A DNA stretch of 64,000 nt from Bacteroidaceae bacterium. Its GTDB lineage: Bacteria > Bacteroidota > Bacteroidia > Bacteroidales > Bacteroidaceae. The stretch is taken from NCBI GenBank assembly GCA_045616905.1, contig JAZLHP010000060.1, forward strand, positions 23,166 to 87,165, in the 5' to 3' direction. Both the position numbers and the translations under genes were made by a program. Numbering within the stretch: position 1 is the first letter of the stretch; every line of letters starts with the position of its first letter. Below, in pieces: positions 53,758 through 63,376 of this stretch. The notes under the pieces are model-generated. The model made no database searches. It worked only from the letters and a program-made list of their open reading frames with translations, and had not been told where the DNA came from.

Positions 53758-53802
53758 TTTGTATGGATGTCTGGATAAATTTGTATGGATGTTTTGGATA
53801 AA
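53758..53802 (+). repeat. Tandem direct repeat of about 22 nt x2 upstream of deoC
   Basis: TTTGTATGGATGTCTGGATAAA (53758-53779) and TTTGTATGGATGTTTTGGATAAA (53780-53802). Confidence 0.8.
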
Positions 53803-53811
53803 GATGTGTTT

Positions 53812-54264
53812 CTATTCCTTGTTTTTCGTATCCATGCATATTGTTACTGGTCCGTCGTTCAGAAGCTCTACTTTCATGTCTGCTCCGAACTCTCCTGTGC
53901 ATACATTCTTGCCTAAGTTATCCGATAGAACCGTGCAAAAACGTTCGTATAGTGGAATTGTAATCTCATGGTTTCCGGCTCGCAAGTAAGAAGGTCTGTT
54001 GCCTTTCTTATAAGAGGCCCATAGAGTAAACTGGCTTACAACGAGAATTTCTCCGTTAATTTCCATTATGGACCTGTTCATCACGCCGTTTTCGTCGTCA
54101 AACACACGCAATCCACAAATCTTTTTAGCTAGCCATTGAATGTCTTCTTCTGTATCTGCGTTCTCGCACCCTACCAGCACCAGATACCCATTACCTATTG
54201 ACGATTTAATACTTTCGTTTATGGTTACTGATGCATGTCTTACTCGTTGAATAACTGCTCTCAT
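53812..54264 (-). CDS. dtd: D-aminoacyl-tRNA deacylase
   Basis: MRAVIQRV..., ...LVVSQFTL..., ...GNRPS..., ...GEFGADMKVELLNDGPVTI. Confidence 0.9.
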   Translation of the reverse strand: MRAVIQRVRHASVTINESIKSSIGNGYLVLVGCENADTEEDIQWLAKKICGLRVFDDENGVMNRSIMEINGEILVVSQFTLWASYKKGNRPSYLRAGNHEITIPLYERFCTVLSDNLGKNVCTGEFGADMKVELLNDGPVTICMDTKNKE

Positions 54265-54365
54265 ATAATTATTTGTACTCTTTAATGTTATTAATTGTAT
54301 TTTAAATGAGTAAGTTGATTTTTAAAAGTAATGTTATTATATAGTTTGTTGAATGTCAGAAGGAT

Positions 54366-56201
54366 TTACTTAATGTTATTGTCGGTATTGCTGAAAGCAT
54401 TGATTATTAATTCTGCTTTTGCCTTACCAATAACCTTCTCAAGGTCTTCCTTTTTTGCTTCTTTGATTCTCTTTAAGCTTTTGAAAGATTTAAGTAATTG
54501 ATTTTTAGTTGTTTCGCCTATGCCTTTTATGACATCGAGTTCAGATTGCTTTAAGTGCTTGATTCTCTTCTCCCTATGGAAGGTGATTGCAAACCTGTGA
54601 ACTTCATCTTGAATCCTTGTCAAAAACTTGAAAAGTGGACTATCGGTCTCTACGCCAATAGTTTGTTGAGGAAAACCAAATAGCAACTCGTTGGTTCTGT
54701 GACGATTGTCTTTAGCAAGACCAGCAATAGGTATGCTAATGTTAAGTTGCTCTTCAATTACTTTTCGAACTACTTCCATTTGTCCCTTGCCGCCGTCTGT
54801 TATAATAAGGTCTGGTAGGGGAGTTCCTTCATCTATGGCACGACTGTATTTTCGATATACAACTTCAGCCATTGAGGCGTAATCGTCAGGTCCAACTACT
54901 GTTTTTATGTTATATTTCCTATAATCGTTCTTTGATGGCTTTGCACCAATGAAAACCACGCAGCCTGCTACAGCATCCTCGCCATTAATGTTCGAATTGT
55001 CAAAGCATTCAATTCGCATTGGAATCTTGTCAAGTTTTAGTTTGTGCTGAAGTTCTTTAAGAATATTAATATTCCTCTGATCAGGATTAAGTTTTTCTGC
55101 TTGTTTTAATGCGTCAATTCTGTATTGTCTTACGTTTGTTTCTGATAGAAGAAGCAATTTCCTCTTGTCCCCAGCTTTAGGAATTACAAACTCTACTCCT
55201 GTGAGTTCTGTACTAATCTCGAAAGGTACAACTATTTCTTTTGACTTGCTCGCATACCTCTCTCTCATTTCAACAATTGCGAGCGATAGTATATCCTCTT
55301 TCGACTCCTCTAATTGTTTTTTGTATTCAAATGTAAATGCTTGGTTAATACATCCGTTTACAACGTGCATATAATTGACAAATGCTGTCTTTTCATCGTC
55401 TTCAATGCTGAATACATCAATATTCTGATTCGTGGAAGTGATGACTTTGCTTCGTTCGTCAAATTCTTGCGCAAGTAAGTATTTTTTCTTAATCTCTTCT
55501 GCTTCTTGATATTGTTCTTTCTCTGCGAGATTCTGCATCTCACTCCAAAGTTTTTTGCAGAGATTTACTGTGTTGCCCGATAGTATTTGCTTTATCTCTT
55601 CGATTTCCTTTATGTATTCATCGTGCGATTGTGCATTAATGCATGGTGCTTTACATTTCTTGATATGGTGATATAAGCAATCGTTGTATTTATTTTCATT
55701 GATACCTTCTTGTGTGATAATGATGTTGCAAAGTCTTACATGATAAATTTTGTTGATCAGTTCCATCATAGCATTTAGTGTGCCAAGATGACTGAATGGA
55801 CCGTAGTAGCTACCATTTTTTTTCACAATATTACGTGTCTTAAATACTCGTGGGAAATATTCGTTCGTTACACATACAGATGGGTAAGTCTTTCCGTCCT
55901 TTAGCAAAATATTGTAAAAAGGCTTGTATTTTTTTATAAGGTTGTTTTCAAGAAGGAGGGCATCTTCATCGCTGTCAACGATAATGTATTTTATGTCTTG
56001 TATTTTACTGACAAGTATTTGGGTTTTCTTGTTTTTGGGGCTGTTGTTAAAGTACGAACTAACTCTATTTTTCAGGTTTTTCGCTTTACCCACATAGATG
56101 ATTCTACCATTACTATCTAAGTATTGGTAGCAACCTGGACCTTCATAAAGACTGTTTACAATGGTCTTTAGTCGTTTTATTCTTTCATCTTCTTTTGTCA
56201 C
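54366..56201 (-). CDS. uvrC: Excinuclease ABC subunit C
   Basis: GIY-YIG N-terminus (GCYQYLDSNGRIIYVGKAKNLKNRVSSYF), UVR domain, and a C-terminal endonuclease plus (HhH)2 region. Confidence 0.9.
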   Translation of the reverse strand: MTKEDERIKRLKTIVNSLYEGPGCYQYLDSNGRIIYVGKAKNLKNRVSSYFNNSPKNKKTQILVSKIQDIKYIIVDSDEDALLLENNLIKKYKPFYNILLKDGKTYPSVCVTNEYFPRVFKTRNIVKKNGSYYGPFSHLGTLNAMMELINKIYHVRLCNIIITQEGINENKYNDCLYHHIKKCKAPCINAQSHDEYIKEIEEIKQILSGNTVNLCKKLWSEMQNLAEKEQYQEAEEIKKKYLLAQEFDERSKVITSTNQNIDVFSIEDDEKTAFVNYMHVVNGCINQAFTFEYKKQLEESKEDILSLAIVEMRERYASKSKEIVVPFEISTELTGVEFVIPKAGDKRKLLLLSETNVRQYRIDALKQAEKLNPDQRNINILKELQHKLKLDKIPMRIECFDNSNINGEDAVAGCVVFIGAKPSKNDYRKYNIKTVVGPDDYASMAEVVYRKYSRAIDEGTPLPDLIITDGGKGQMEVVRKVIEEQLNISIPIAGLAKDNRHRTNELLFGFPQQTIGVETDSPLFKFLTRIQDEVHRFAITFHREKRIKHLKQSELDVIKGIGETTKNQLLKSFKSLKRIKEAKKEDLEKVIGKAKAELIINAFSNTDNNIK

Positions 56202-56300
56202 CCTTAGTCTATTACTTTAACAACGATTGTGTTTCACATGAAACAAACAATGCCTAACTGACGATAAATCAGTGCCTAATGCTTTTATGTTTGATACAAA

Positions 56301-56840
56301 CTATAATGTAAGAAGTGAGCTTACTTCTATTTCTTCCCCCAAGAATTCTCTGCCTGTAAGTCCTTCGTCTCGAATTTCTATTATGAAGTTCATGTAGCAT
56401 TTCTTTGGGTTGAATTTCTTAACAAGATTCCATGCAGCTTTGGATGAGCCGCCAGTAGCGAGCAAGTCGTCGTGTATGAGCACAACATCCTTCTCGTCTA
56501 TTGCATCTGCATGAATTTCTATTGTGTCTGTACCGTATTCCTTTTCGTATGATTCAGAAATTGTACTTGCTGGTAGCTTTCCTGGTTTCCTGCACATTAC
56601 AAAGCCAGCACCTAATCTTCTTGCAAGGCACGCACCGAGCACGAATCCGCGTGACTCAATGCCAACAACCTTTGTTATTCCCTTGTTTTTGTATAGTTCG
56701 AATATTTCCTCTTCCATGATGGCGAGTGCCTCTGCGTCTTTGAATAGGGTAGTGACGTCCCTGAAGTTAATGCCCTTGATTGGGAAATCTGGAATGCTGC
56801 GTAAATTATGCAGTAGATATTCTTTCTTTTCCTTTTCCAT
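56301..56840 (-). CDS. apt: Adenine phosphoribosyltransferase
   Basis: ...FPIKGINFRDVT..., ...VVGIESRGF... and VVLIHDDLLATGGS (PRPP-binding motif). Confidence 0.9.
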   Translation of the reverse strand: MEKEKKEYLLHNLRSIPDFPIKGINFRDVTTLFKDAEALAIMEEEIFELYKNKGITKVVGIESRGFVLGACLARRLGAGFVMCRKPGKLPASTISESYEKEYGTDTIEIHADAIDEKDVVLIHDDLLATGGSSKAAWNLVKKFNPKKCYMNFIIEIRDEGLTGREFLGEEIEVSSLLTL

Positions 56841-56932
56841 TGTATGTATAGTTTATGTTTCAGAATGTAAGTTCTTGATATTTCATTAGAAACACTTTTG
56901 ATGTTTCACGTGGAACGATAGTTTCGCTTTTA

Positions 56933-58870
56933 CTATCTGCCCATGAGGACAAGCATAGCATTAATATCAGAAGGCGAAACTCCTGGTATTCTACTTGCTT
57001 GGGCTAATGTCATTGGATTTATTGCTTGTAGTTTCTGCCTTGCCTCAATTGAGATGCACGATAGGTTTGGATAGTCAAATTTTCCTTGAATCTTGATGTT
57101 TTCAAGGCGAAGCATCTTTTCTGCCATCTGCTTCTCTCGTAATATGTATCCCTTGTATTTTATCTGAATTTCTGCAGCCTCAAGTATCTCGTCATTCCTT
57201 TCATCGTTTAAGAGTATCTTGTCTAATTCCTTTTGCAGAGGAGTTATAAACGGCAATATGCTTTTAAGTGTGATTTGTGGTCTTCCAAGCAAATCGGCGA
57301 GTTTACATCCATGTTGAAGAGGTGATGTGCCTAACTTTTCTAATGCTTCGTTTATCAATGCTGGTTTGATGGAAAATCCCGTACAAAAATCAATTATCTT
57401 TTCTATCTTATTCTGCTTTGCGAGCATGTATTCGTATCTGTCTTTCTTTGCAAGTCCTATCTTATAGCTTTTTTCTGTAAGGCGTGCATCTGCATCGTCT
57501 TGACGAAGCAAAATGCGATACTCTGCACGTGATGTGAACATTCTATATGGTTCATCCACCCCTTTTGTAACCAAGTCATCAATCAGAACTCCTATGTATG
57601 CTTCATTGCGATTTAATGTAAATGGGTTTCCGTCATTGATGAGATTTGCTTCTGTTGAATTGTAAGTCGAAGCATTTATTGCTGCGTTTATGCCAGATAT
57701 GAGACCTTGCCCTGCAGCTTCTTCATATCCGGTTGTGCCATTTACTTGTCCTGCAAAAAATAGATTCTTTATGATTTTTGATTCCAGCGAATGAGTCAGT
57801 TGCGTAGGGTCAAAAAAGTCGTATTCTATGGCATAGCCTGGTCGGTAGATTTCTAAGTTGCGGAAGCAAGGTATTTTGCGAAGAGCTGTTATCTGTACTT
57901 CCATTGGCAGAGAAGATGAGAAACCGTTCAGGTACATTTCGTTTGTTGTTTCTCCCTCAGGTTCCAAAAACAGCATGTGCTCATCTTTGTCAGGGAAGGT
58001 ATGTAACTTTGTTTCTATGCTTGGGCAATATCTTGGTCCTATGCTTTGGATTTGTCCATTGTAAAGTGGCGAATCAGCAAAACCAGAACGTAGTGTGTCG
58101 TGCACCTCTTTGTTTGTATAGCATATCCAGCATGGCTCGTTATTGCGTTTCACCACTGATTGCTTTTCGGTTGGCATGAATGAGAATTTGTGATTGTCAT
58201 GATCTCCATCTTGTTTCTCCATTAGTGAAAAATCAACACTTCTCTTGTCTATTCGTACTGGAGTTCCAGTCTTCATTCTGCCAGATTTAATTCCATGTCG
58301 TGTTATAGATTCAGTCAGTTCTAATGATGCGGGTTCCGCACAACGACCACCTTGTAATTTTGTGCGCCCAATATGCATTAATCCATTTAGGAAAGTACCA
58401 GCTGTAATGATGACACATCTTGCATGGAATTCAGCGTCCATATATGTCTTTATACCCTTTATTACTATTTGATTATCAATTTCTTCAGTGATAATCTCCC
58501 TTACTTGGTCCTGCCATATATTAAGGTTAGGAGTGTTTTCCAGAATCTCTCTCCATGTCCATATGAATTTAGCACGGTCGCATTGAGATCGAGGACTCCA
58601 TACAGCAGGTCCTTTGGATAGGTTTAACATTCTGAATTGCAGGCTACAACGGTCTGTTACTATGCCCATCTGTCCTCCCAAAGCATCAATTTCACGTACA
58701 ATCTGCCCTTTTGCTATTCCGCCAACGGCAGGATTGCACGACATTTGTGCAATCTTATTCATGTCCATTGTGATGAGGCACGTTTTCGCTCCCAAATTAG
58801 CAGATGCTGCCGCAGCTTCGCAACCAGCATGACCTGCACCAACCACAATCACGTCGTAATTAAAAATCAT
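56933..58870 (-). CDS. mnmG: tRNA uridine-5-carboxymethylaminomethyl modification enzyme MnmG (GidA)
   Basis: YDVIVVGAGHAGCEAA FAD motif, ...MSCNPAVGGIAKG..., ...GPRYCPSIE... Start set at MIFNYD (58870) because a -7 box lies at 58896-58903. Confidence 0.95.
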   Translation of the reverse strand: MIFNYDVIVVGAGHAGCEAAAASANLGAKTCLITMDMNKIAQMSCNPAVGGIAKGQIVREIDALGGQMGIVTDRCSLQFRMLNLSKGPAVWSPRSQCDRAKFIWTWREILENTPNLNIWQDQVREIITEEIDNQIVIKGIKTYMDAEFHARCVIITAGTFLNGLMHIGRTKLQGGRCAEPASLELTESITRHGIKSGRMKTGTPVRIDKRSVDFSLMEKQDGDHDNHKFSFMPTEKQSVVKRNNEPCWICYTNKEVHDTLRSGFADSPLYNGQIQSIGPRYCPSIETKLHTFPDKDEHMLFLEPEGETTNEMYLNGFSSSLPMEVQITALRKIPCFRNLEIYRPGYAIEYDFFDPTQLTHSLESKIIKNLFFAGQVNGTTGYEEAAGQGLISGINAAINASTYNSTEANLINDGNPFTLNRNEAYIGVLIDDLVTKGVDEPYRMFTSRAEYRILLRQDDADARLTEKSYKIGLAKKDRYEYMLAKQNKIEKIIDFCTGFSIKPALINEALEKLGTSPLQHGCKLADLLGRPQITLKSILPFITPLQKELDKILLNDERNDEILEAAEIQIKYKGYILREKQMAEKMLRLENIKIQGKFDYPNLSCISIEARQKLQAINPMTLAQASRIPGVSPSDINAMLVLMGR

Positions 58871-58895
58871 ATCTTCCGAAAATATAAACTGACTG

Positions 58896-58903
58896 CAAAA
58901 ATA
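58896..58903 (-). promoter_or_regulatory. -7 promoter box TATTTTTG for mnmG
   Basis: TAnnTTTG match 25 nt upstream of ATG 58870. Confidence 0.4.
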
Positions 58904-59100
58904 CGCATATTGCCAAAATCTTGCAAGTTTTTGATACAAACATTTTTATTATAGGTGTTAATAAGTATAAACCTCCTTGAGAGTGAGGGTTACAATTGGA
59001 TATCGGTTGTGGTTTCTAAAAGAATAGACGTGATTCTTGCACTATACTTTTCTAACAGTAATTATTGTCATAATTGTTTTGTTGTTTCATACATTTGTGT

Positions 59101-59108
59101 TAACTTTG
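59101..59108 (+). promoter_or_regulatory. -7 promoter box TAACTTTG
   Basis: TAnnTTTG match 26 nt upstream of in-frame GTG 59135. Confidence 0.4.
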
Positions 59109-59134
59109 CCCAAAAACAGGTAAATCATAGTTCC

Positions 59135-60331
59135 GTGAAATATTTTTCGCACATAATAGTATTAGCAACATTTGTTTTTTTCGTAGCTTGCGGCTCTACT
59201 GATGGGAGATGTGACATAGATGTTCTTGCACACATTGACAGCTTGACAATGGTTAATGCCGATAGTGCAAGGAAAATGCTTAATGCTTTGAAAAAAGAAG
59301 TTGCTGATGCTCTTCCAGAAGTGAAGGCGTACTATGATTTCCTTTGTGTGAAAGCCGCAGACAAGGCAATGGTGACGCATACGTCCGATACGCTTATAAA
59401 CAGCGTTCTTGAATACTATCAAAATAGTGAAGATAAGAGCCGTCTTCCTGAAACTTATTATTATTGTGGTAGGGTTAATGCTGATATGCAGAATGGTGAA
59501 CGCGCATTGTATTATTTTCAAAAGGCATTGATAGAGGATAGTGCGAAGGTGTCCGATTACCTCAAAAGTCGCATTTATGCACAGATGGGGTACGTGTATC
59601 TGCGTAATGGGTTATTTGACGAAGCACGAAGTATGCAGGAACTTGCATATTTCTACAGCAAGCAAGATGGAGACACGTTGGGAATGCGATATAGCATGGA
59701 AGACATAAAGACGATAAGCAACTTGTCGGAAAAGTTAGGCGACAGCATTGGTTCTAATAGTGAGATGTTGATAAGAGTCCAAAAGCTAAATGAGCAGATA
59801 AAGAGTCAAGAGCTGTATCGTCAGAATAAGTATCTGCAAGAACACAACAGTCAAGGAAACGGCGTGTTGTGGATTGTGATATTGTCTGCTACAATTTTCG
59901 TTGCGATTTGTCTTGCTGTTGTGGTTTATATAAAGAAACGTGCAAGAGTAGGGAATGAGACAGCTGCTATAGAGCAAGTGCAACAGCCGTTGGTCAAACG
60001 CAAATTCTATGACAAAGAAATAAATGCTTTAATCGCCGAACGTCTAAATGCAGGCAAAGTGCTTCGTCAGACAGATTGGAATAAGATTGAGACGGCTCTT
60101 TTAGAATCATTTCCTAATTTCAAGGATAATTTGTTTTCTCTATATGAAATGTCAGAAACGGAGTATCACATTTGTTTGTTGATTAAATTACAAATGTCAC
60201 CTTCAAACATGGCAAAATTGCTTGCCACCAGTAACAGCACTATTTCCAATTGTCGTTTGCGAATGCAGCAGAAAGTGTTTGAAGGAGTAGGGACATCAAA
60301 GGATTGGGATAACTATGTCCTGTCTTTGTAA
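59135..60331 (+). CDS. Membrane-anchored one-component regulator: lipoprotein-type signal, periplasmic TPR-like domain, one TM helix, cytoplasmic LuxR-like HTH
   Basis: A GTG start gives VKYFSHIIVLATFVFFVACGS (lipobox). Helical repeat region. TM segment VLWIVILSATIFVAICLAVVVYI. C-terminal ...SETEYHICLLIKLQMSPSNMAKLLATSNSTISNCRLRMQQKV. The start codon is uncertain. Confidence 0.5.
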   Translation: MKYFSHIIVLATFVFFVACGSTDGRCDIDVLAHIDSLTMVNADSARKMLNALKKEVADALPEVKAYYDFLCVKAADKAMVTHTSDTLINSVLEYYQNSEDKSRLPETYYYCGRVNADMQNGERALYYFQKALIEDSAKVSDYLKSRIYAQMGYVYLRNGLFDEARSMQELAYFYSKQDGDTLGMRYSMEDIKTISNLSEKLGDSIGSNSEMLIRVQKLNEQIKSQELYRQNKYLQEHNSQGNGVLWIVILSATIFVAICLAVVVYIKKRARVGNETAAIEQVQQPLVKRKFYDKEINALIAERLNAGKVLRQTDWNKIETALLESFPNFKDNLFSLYEMSETEYHICLLIKLQMSPSNMAKLLATSNSTISNCRLRMQQKVFEGVGTSKDWDNYVLSL

Positions 60332-60452
60332 TTGTTGTTTAATCAAACTATTACAGCTGTCGTGTAAATTTTTTGTAAAATCATTATACCATAATTGTTA
60401 TGATGTGAAATATTTGTAAAATGTTATTCTTGGCATTTTGTGAATGTAGTTG

Positions 60453-60460
60453 TACCTTTG
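60453..60460 (+). promoter_or_regulatory. -7 promoter box TACCTTTG
   Basis: TAnnTTTG match 26 nt upstream of ATG 60487. Confidence 0.4.
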
Positions 60461-60486
60461 TTGCTGAAATAAAAAACCAGACAATT

Positions 60487-63345
60487 ATGAAGACAAGAAC
60501 ATTAGTTATCATTTGTTGTATTTTCTCTTTTGTGTGTTTCAATTCGCAAAGTGTTTATTCAACCAATATGCGAATGCATGACGGTTTTATCAATGAAACA
60601 AATGCAGAATTCATAGACGGAATATTCAAGTATCGTATTATGGATGATGATTATGTATTTTTGACATGCATAAACAAATCACAATTGTCAAAAGTCGTAT
60701 CGGATGATATGGTGTTGAGAATTCCAGGTAGTGTCACATACAAAGGAATAGAGTATCAGGTGCTTTCAATAGACTCCAAGTTATTACAGAATTGTGATTT
60801 GTTTGAGCACTTGGTGATAGGCGAGGGTATAGAGCAAATCTGTACATTAGCGTTTGAAGGTTGTACTAACCTTCGTTCTGTTTCCATTCCTTCATCCGCC
60901 GATTGGATATCAAAAGACGCATTTAATGACTGTCCGAATTTGGAATGCATCACAGTGGACGAGAACAATAAACTTTATTGCTCGCCTGGTAACAGCAACG
61001 CCATCATTGAAAAATGTATGGATGGCGATATTCTTGTGTTAGGATGTAAGACAACCAGCATTCCAAAAACAGTAACAGTCATAAACGACTTTGCGTTTAA
61101 TAATTGTGTAGGACTGACAAACATTGTTATTCCAGAAGGAGTGACAGAATTGAGAGATGGGGCATTTGCAGGATGCACAAACTTGCAATCTGTTTACATC
61201 CCAAAGAGTTTAGAGGAAGTGGGGATGGGGTTATTCAAAGGATGCTCGCAGTTGAAGAGTATTGTGGTGGATAAAGGTAATGAACTGTATGATTCTCGCA
61301 ACAACTGCAATGCCATTGTCAGAACAGATTGCAATGCCATCGTTTCTGGATGTGCCTTCAGTACTATTGTTGACGGCATAGAATATATAAAATCAGGTGC
61401 ATTTAGTGGAACTTCCATTACAGAAATTAGGATTCCAAAGAGTGTTGTGAAAATTGAAAATGGTGCGTTTGCAAGATGCACTCAATGTACGTCTATTACC
61501 GTTGACAAGAAAAACCCTGTGTATGAATCTCCAGTTGGCAGCAATGTTATTATCGAAAAGAAAACAAAAACACTTTTGGCTGGTATCAGTTCATCTGTAA
61601 TCCCTGATTATGTGGAGGTGATAGCTGACGGTGCATTTTCGGAATCATCCATGCCTGATACGTTTGTCATTCCTGATGGAGTAAAGATAATAGGCAGGTA
61701 TGCATTTTCTGGTTGTCAAGGCATTAAGAATCTTGTCATTCCTGACTCCATACAAATCCTTTCGAATGGAGCGTTTTCTTATTGCCGTAATTTGAAGAAT
61801 GTACAATGGAATGGTGTTCCTCATGAGCCATGTATTCAACAATATGTGTTTGCGGGTTGCGCACAGTTGGAATATATGAATATACCCGATGGAATCACAG
61901 AAATTTGTTCAGATGCATTTACAGGTTGCGCCAACCTTAAAACCGTCATTATGCCTCCAAGTGTCAAGACGATAGGGCAAGGTGCTTTTGCGGGGTGTCC
62001 ATGTGTGATAAAGGTTGCTCAGCCTATTGCTTACGGTAATGAACCCGTAAAGATTTCCGCAGATGGAGTCACTTTCATCGTTGATAAGAATCTTCCTGCC
62101 ACAGACGCATGTATGGCATATCATGACAACAAAGCGTTGTCTAATCGTTGGATGGAGAGTCTCCGCGTACAGAAGAATAACGGATTTGTGGCAACGAGTT
62201 TCTCTGGTGACTCATTGGTGTGGGTTGGTGCCGATGTTATGTTTAAGTGCATTATGCAGTCATACGCACAACATCGTCCACTAGTACTGTCGCCAGATAT
62301 GGTGTGGCTTGCCATCAGTCAAGCGTTTGGACATTACGTTGGACATAATGCTGAAAAAATGCGCGAAAAATTCGTTAGTCATACAGACAAGATGCATCTG
62401 GTGGTAGAGTCTGATAAAGATTTGCTTTCGGGCAATGCCGATTGGTTGGTATTGTTGGATGATTTGCAGAAACAGATAGCTGCCAATACCAAAGGTGACA
62501 TAGCCAATGTCATGACAGCCGATTTCTCCACGACTACAGCCACAGAGCGTATAGCATCAGAAATCACCTTGATGGATGCCATGAAAGCATATTTTGAATA
62601 TGTAGTCTTTTATGCCTCGTGTGGTATTCCTACAATCACTCTCAAAGGTACTCCAGGCGATTGGCAGAAAGTGCTCGACAAGACTTCTGCATTACGTAAA
62701 TATGGCATGGAATCATGGATTTCAGAACTTGAACCAATTCTTGAAGAGTTTGTTGAGGCTTCCAAAGGACATCCAAACACCAAGTTTTGGAAAAATATGG
62801 TCATGCAAGACAGGCCAGAGCGTATGCGTGGTGGTGGTTGTTTGCCAGAAGGTTCTACACAACTCGATGGGTGGTTCCTAAAACTATTCCCTTACGACAA
62901 ATATGGTGTTTGGGTATCGAAAGTGATGTTCACATCCGAGATGATGCCAGAGATGGTTCGTGTTGACTTCCATTACATGAACTCCGATGGAGTTAACTCT
63001 ACAGAAACACCTATGGAGCTGTGGGCTGGATTTGTTGGCGTGAAAGAGGATCCTGTCACTAAAGCACTATCCCCAGAAATAGGTTGGATGGTACGTGTTG
63101 CCGATTCTGACGAAAGTGATTCGGCACTTTTGAAAAAAGATAATTTATCCCTTCGTGTAAATGAAGTGCCTCCTGTACTATCCAAGATGAGTGAAATAAA
63201 GTCGTTAGATCTTTACTTCGTTGACAAGGTGGTTCTGCCAGATTGGATGGACAATATCAAGATTGACCATTTCACAATTCATGGAAAAATGACAGAAGAG
63301 GAGAAAGCCGAGATAAGAAAGCGTTTTCCGAATATTAAAATGTAA
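60487..63345 (+). CDS. Secreted BspA-type leucine-rich-repeat protein fused to a DUF4419-like C-terminal domain
   Basis: Signal peptide MKTRTLVIICCIFSFVCFNSQS. About 20 repeats of the I-P-x-x-V-x-x-I-x-x-x-A-F-x-x-C-x-x-L type. C-terminal ...LVLSPDMVWLAISQAFGHYVGHNAEKMREKFV... resembles DUF4419 (from memory). Confidence 0.65.
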   Translation: MKTRTLVIICCIFSFVCFNSQSVYSTNMRMHDGFINETNAEFIDGIFKYRIMDDDYVFLTCINKSQLSKVVSDDMVLRIPGSVTYKGIEYQVLSIDSKLLQNCDLFEHLVIGEGIEQICTLAFEGCTNLRSVSIPSSADWISKDAFNDCPNLECITVDENNKLYCSPGNSNAIIEKCMDGDILVLGCKTTSIPKTVTVINDFAFNNCVGLTNIVIPEGVTELRDGAFAGCTNLQSVYIPKSLEEVGMGLFKGCSQLKSIVVDKGNELYDSRNNCNAIVRTDCNAIVSGCAFSTIVDGIEYIKSGAFSGTSITEIRIPKSVVKIENGAFARCTQCTSITVDKKNPVYESPVGSNVIIEKKTKTLLAGISSSVIPDYVEVIADGAFSESSMPDTFVIPDGVKIIGRYAFSGCQGIKNLVIPDSIQILSNGAFSYCRNLKNVQWNGVPHEPCIQQYVFAGCAQLEYMNIPDGITEICSDAFTGCANLKTVIMPPSVKTIGQGAFAGCPCVIKVAQPIAYGNEPVKISADGVTFIVDKNLPATDACMAYHDNKALSNRWMESLRVQKNNGFVATSFSGDSLVWVGADVMFKCIMQSYAQHRPLVLSPDMVWLAISQAFGHYVGHNAEKMREKFVSHTDKMHLVVESDKDLLSGNADWLVLLDDLQKQIAANTKGDIANVMTADFSTTTATERIASEITLMDAMKAYFEYVVFYASCGIPTITLKGTPGDWQKVLDKTSALRKYGMESWISELEPILEEFVEASKGHPNTKFWKNMVMQDRPERMRGGGCLPEGSTQLDGWFLKLFPYDKYGVWVSKVMFTSEMMPEMVRVDFHYMNSDGVNSTETPMELWAGFVGVKEDPVTKALSPEIGWMVRVADSDESDSALLKKDNLSLRVNEVPPVLSKMSEIKSLDLYFVDKVVLPDWMDNIKIDHFTIHGKMTEEEKAEIRKRFPNIKM

Positions 63346-63376
63346 GGCGTTTATTTAAATGAAATAAATAACGGCA

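Noticed and set aside
58955-59134. 60-codon N-terminal extension of the regulator ORF, and the extension of mnmG (58871-58939)
   Set aside because: Both extensions contain the TAnnTTTG boxes of the respective genes and have no signal-peptide or domain logic. The shorter starts give a lipobox for the regulator and the canonical FAD-motif N-terminus for MnmG.
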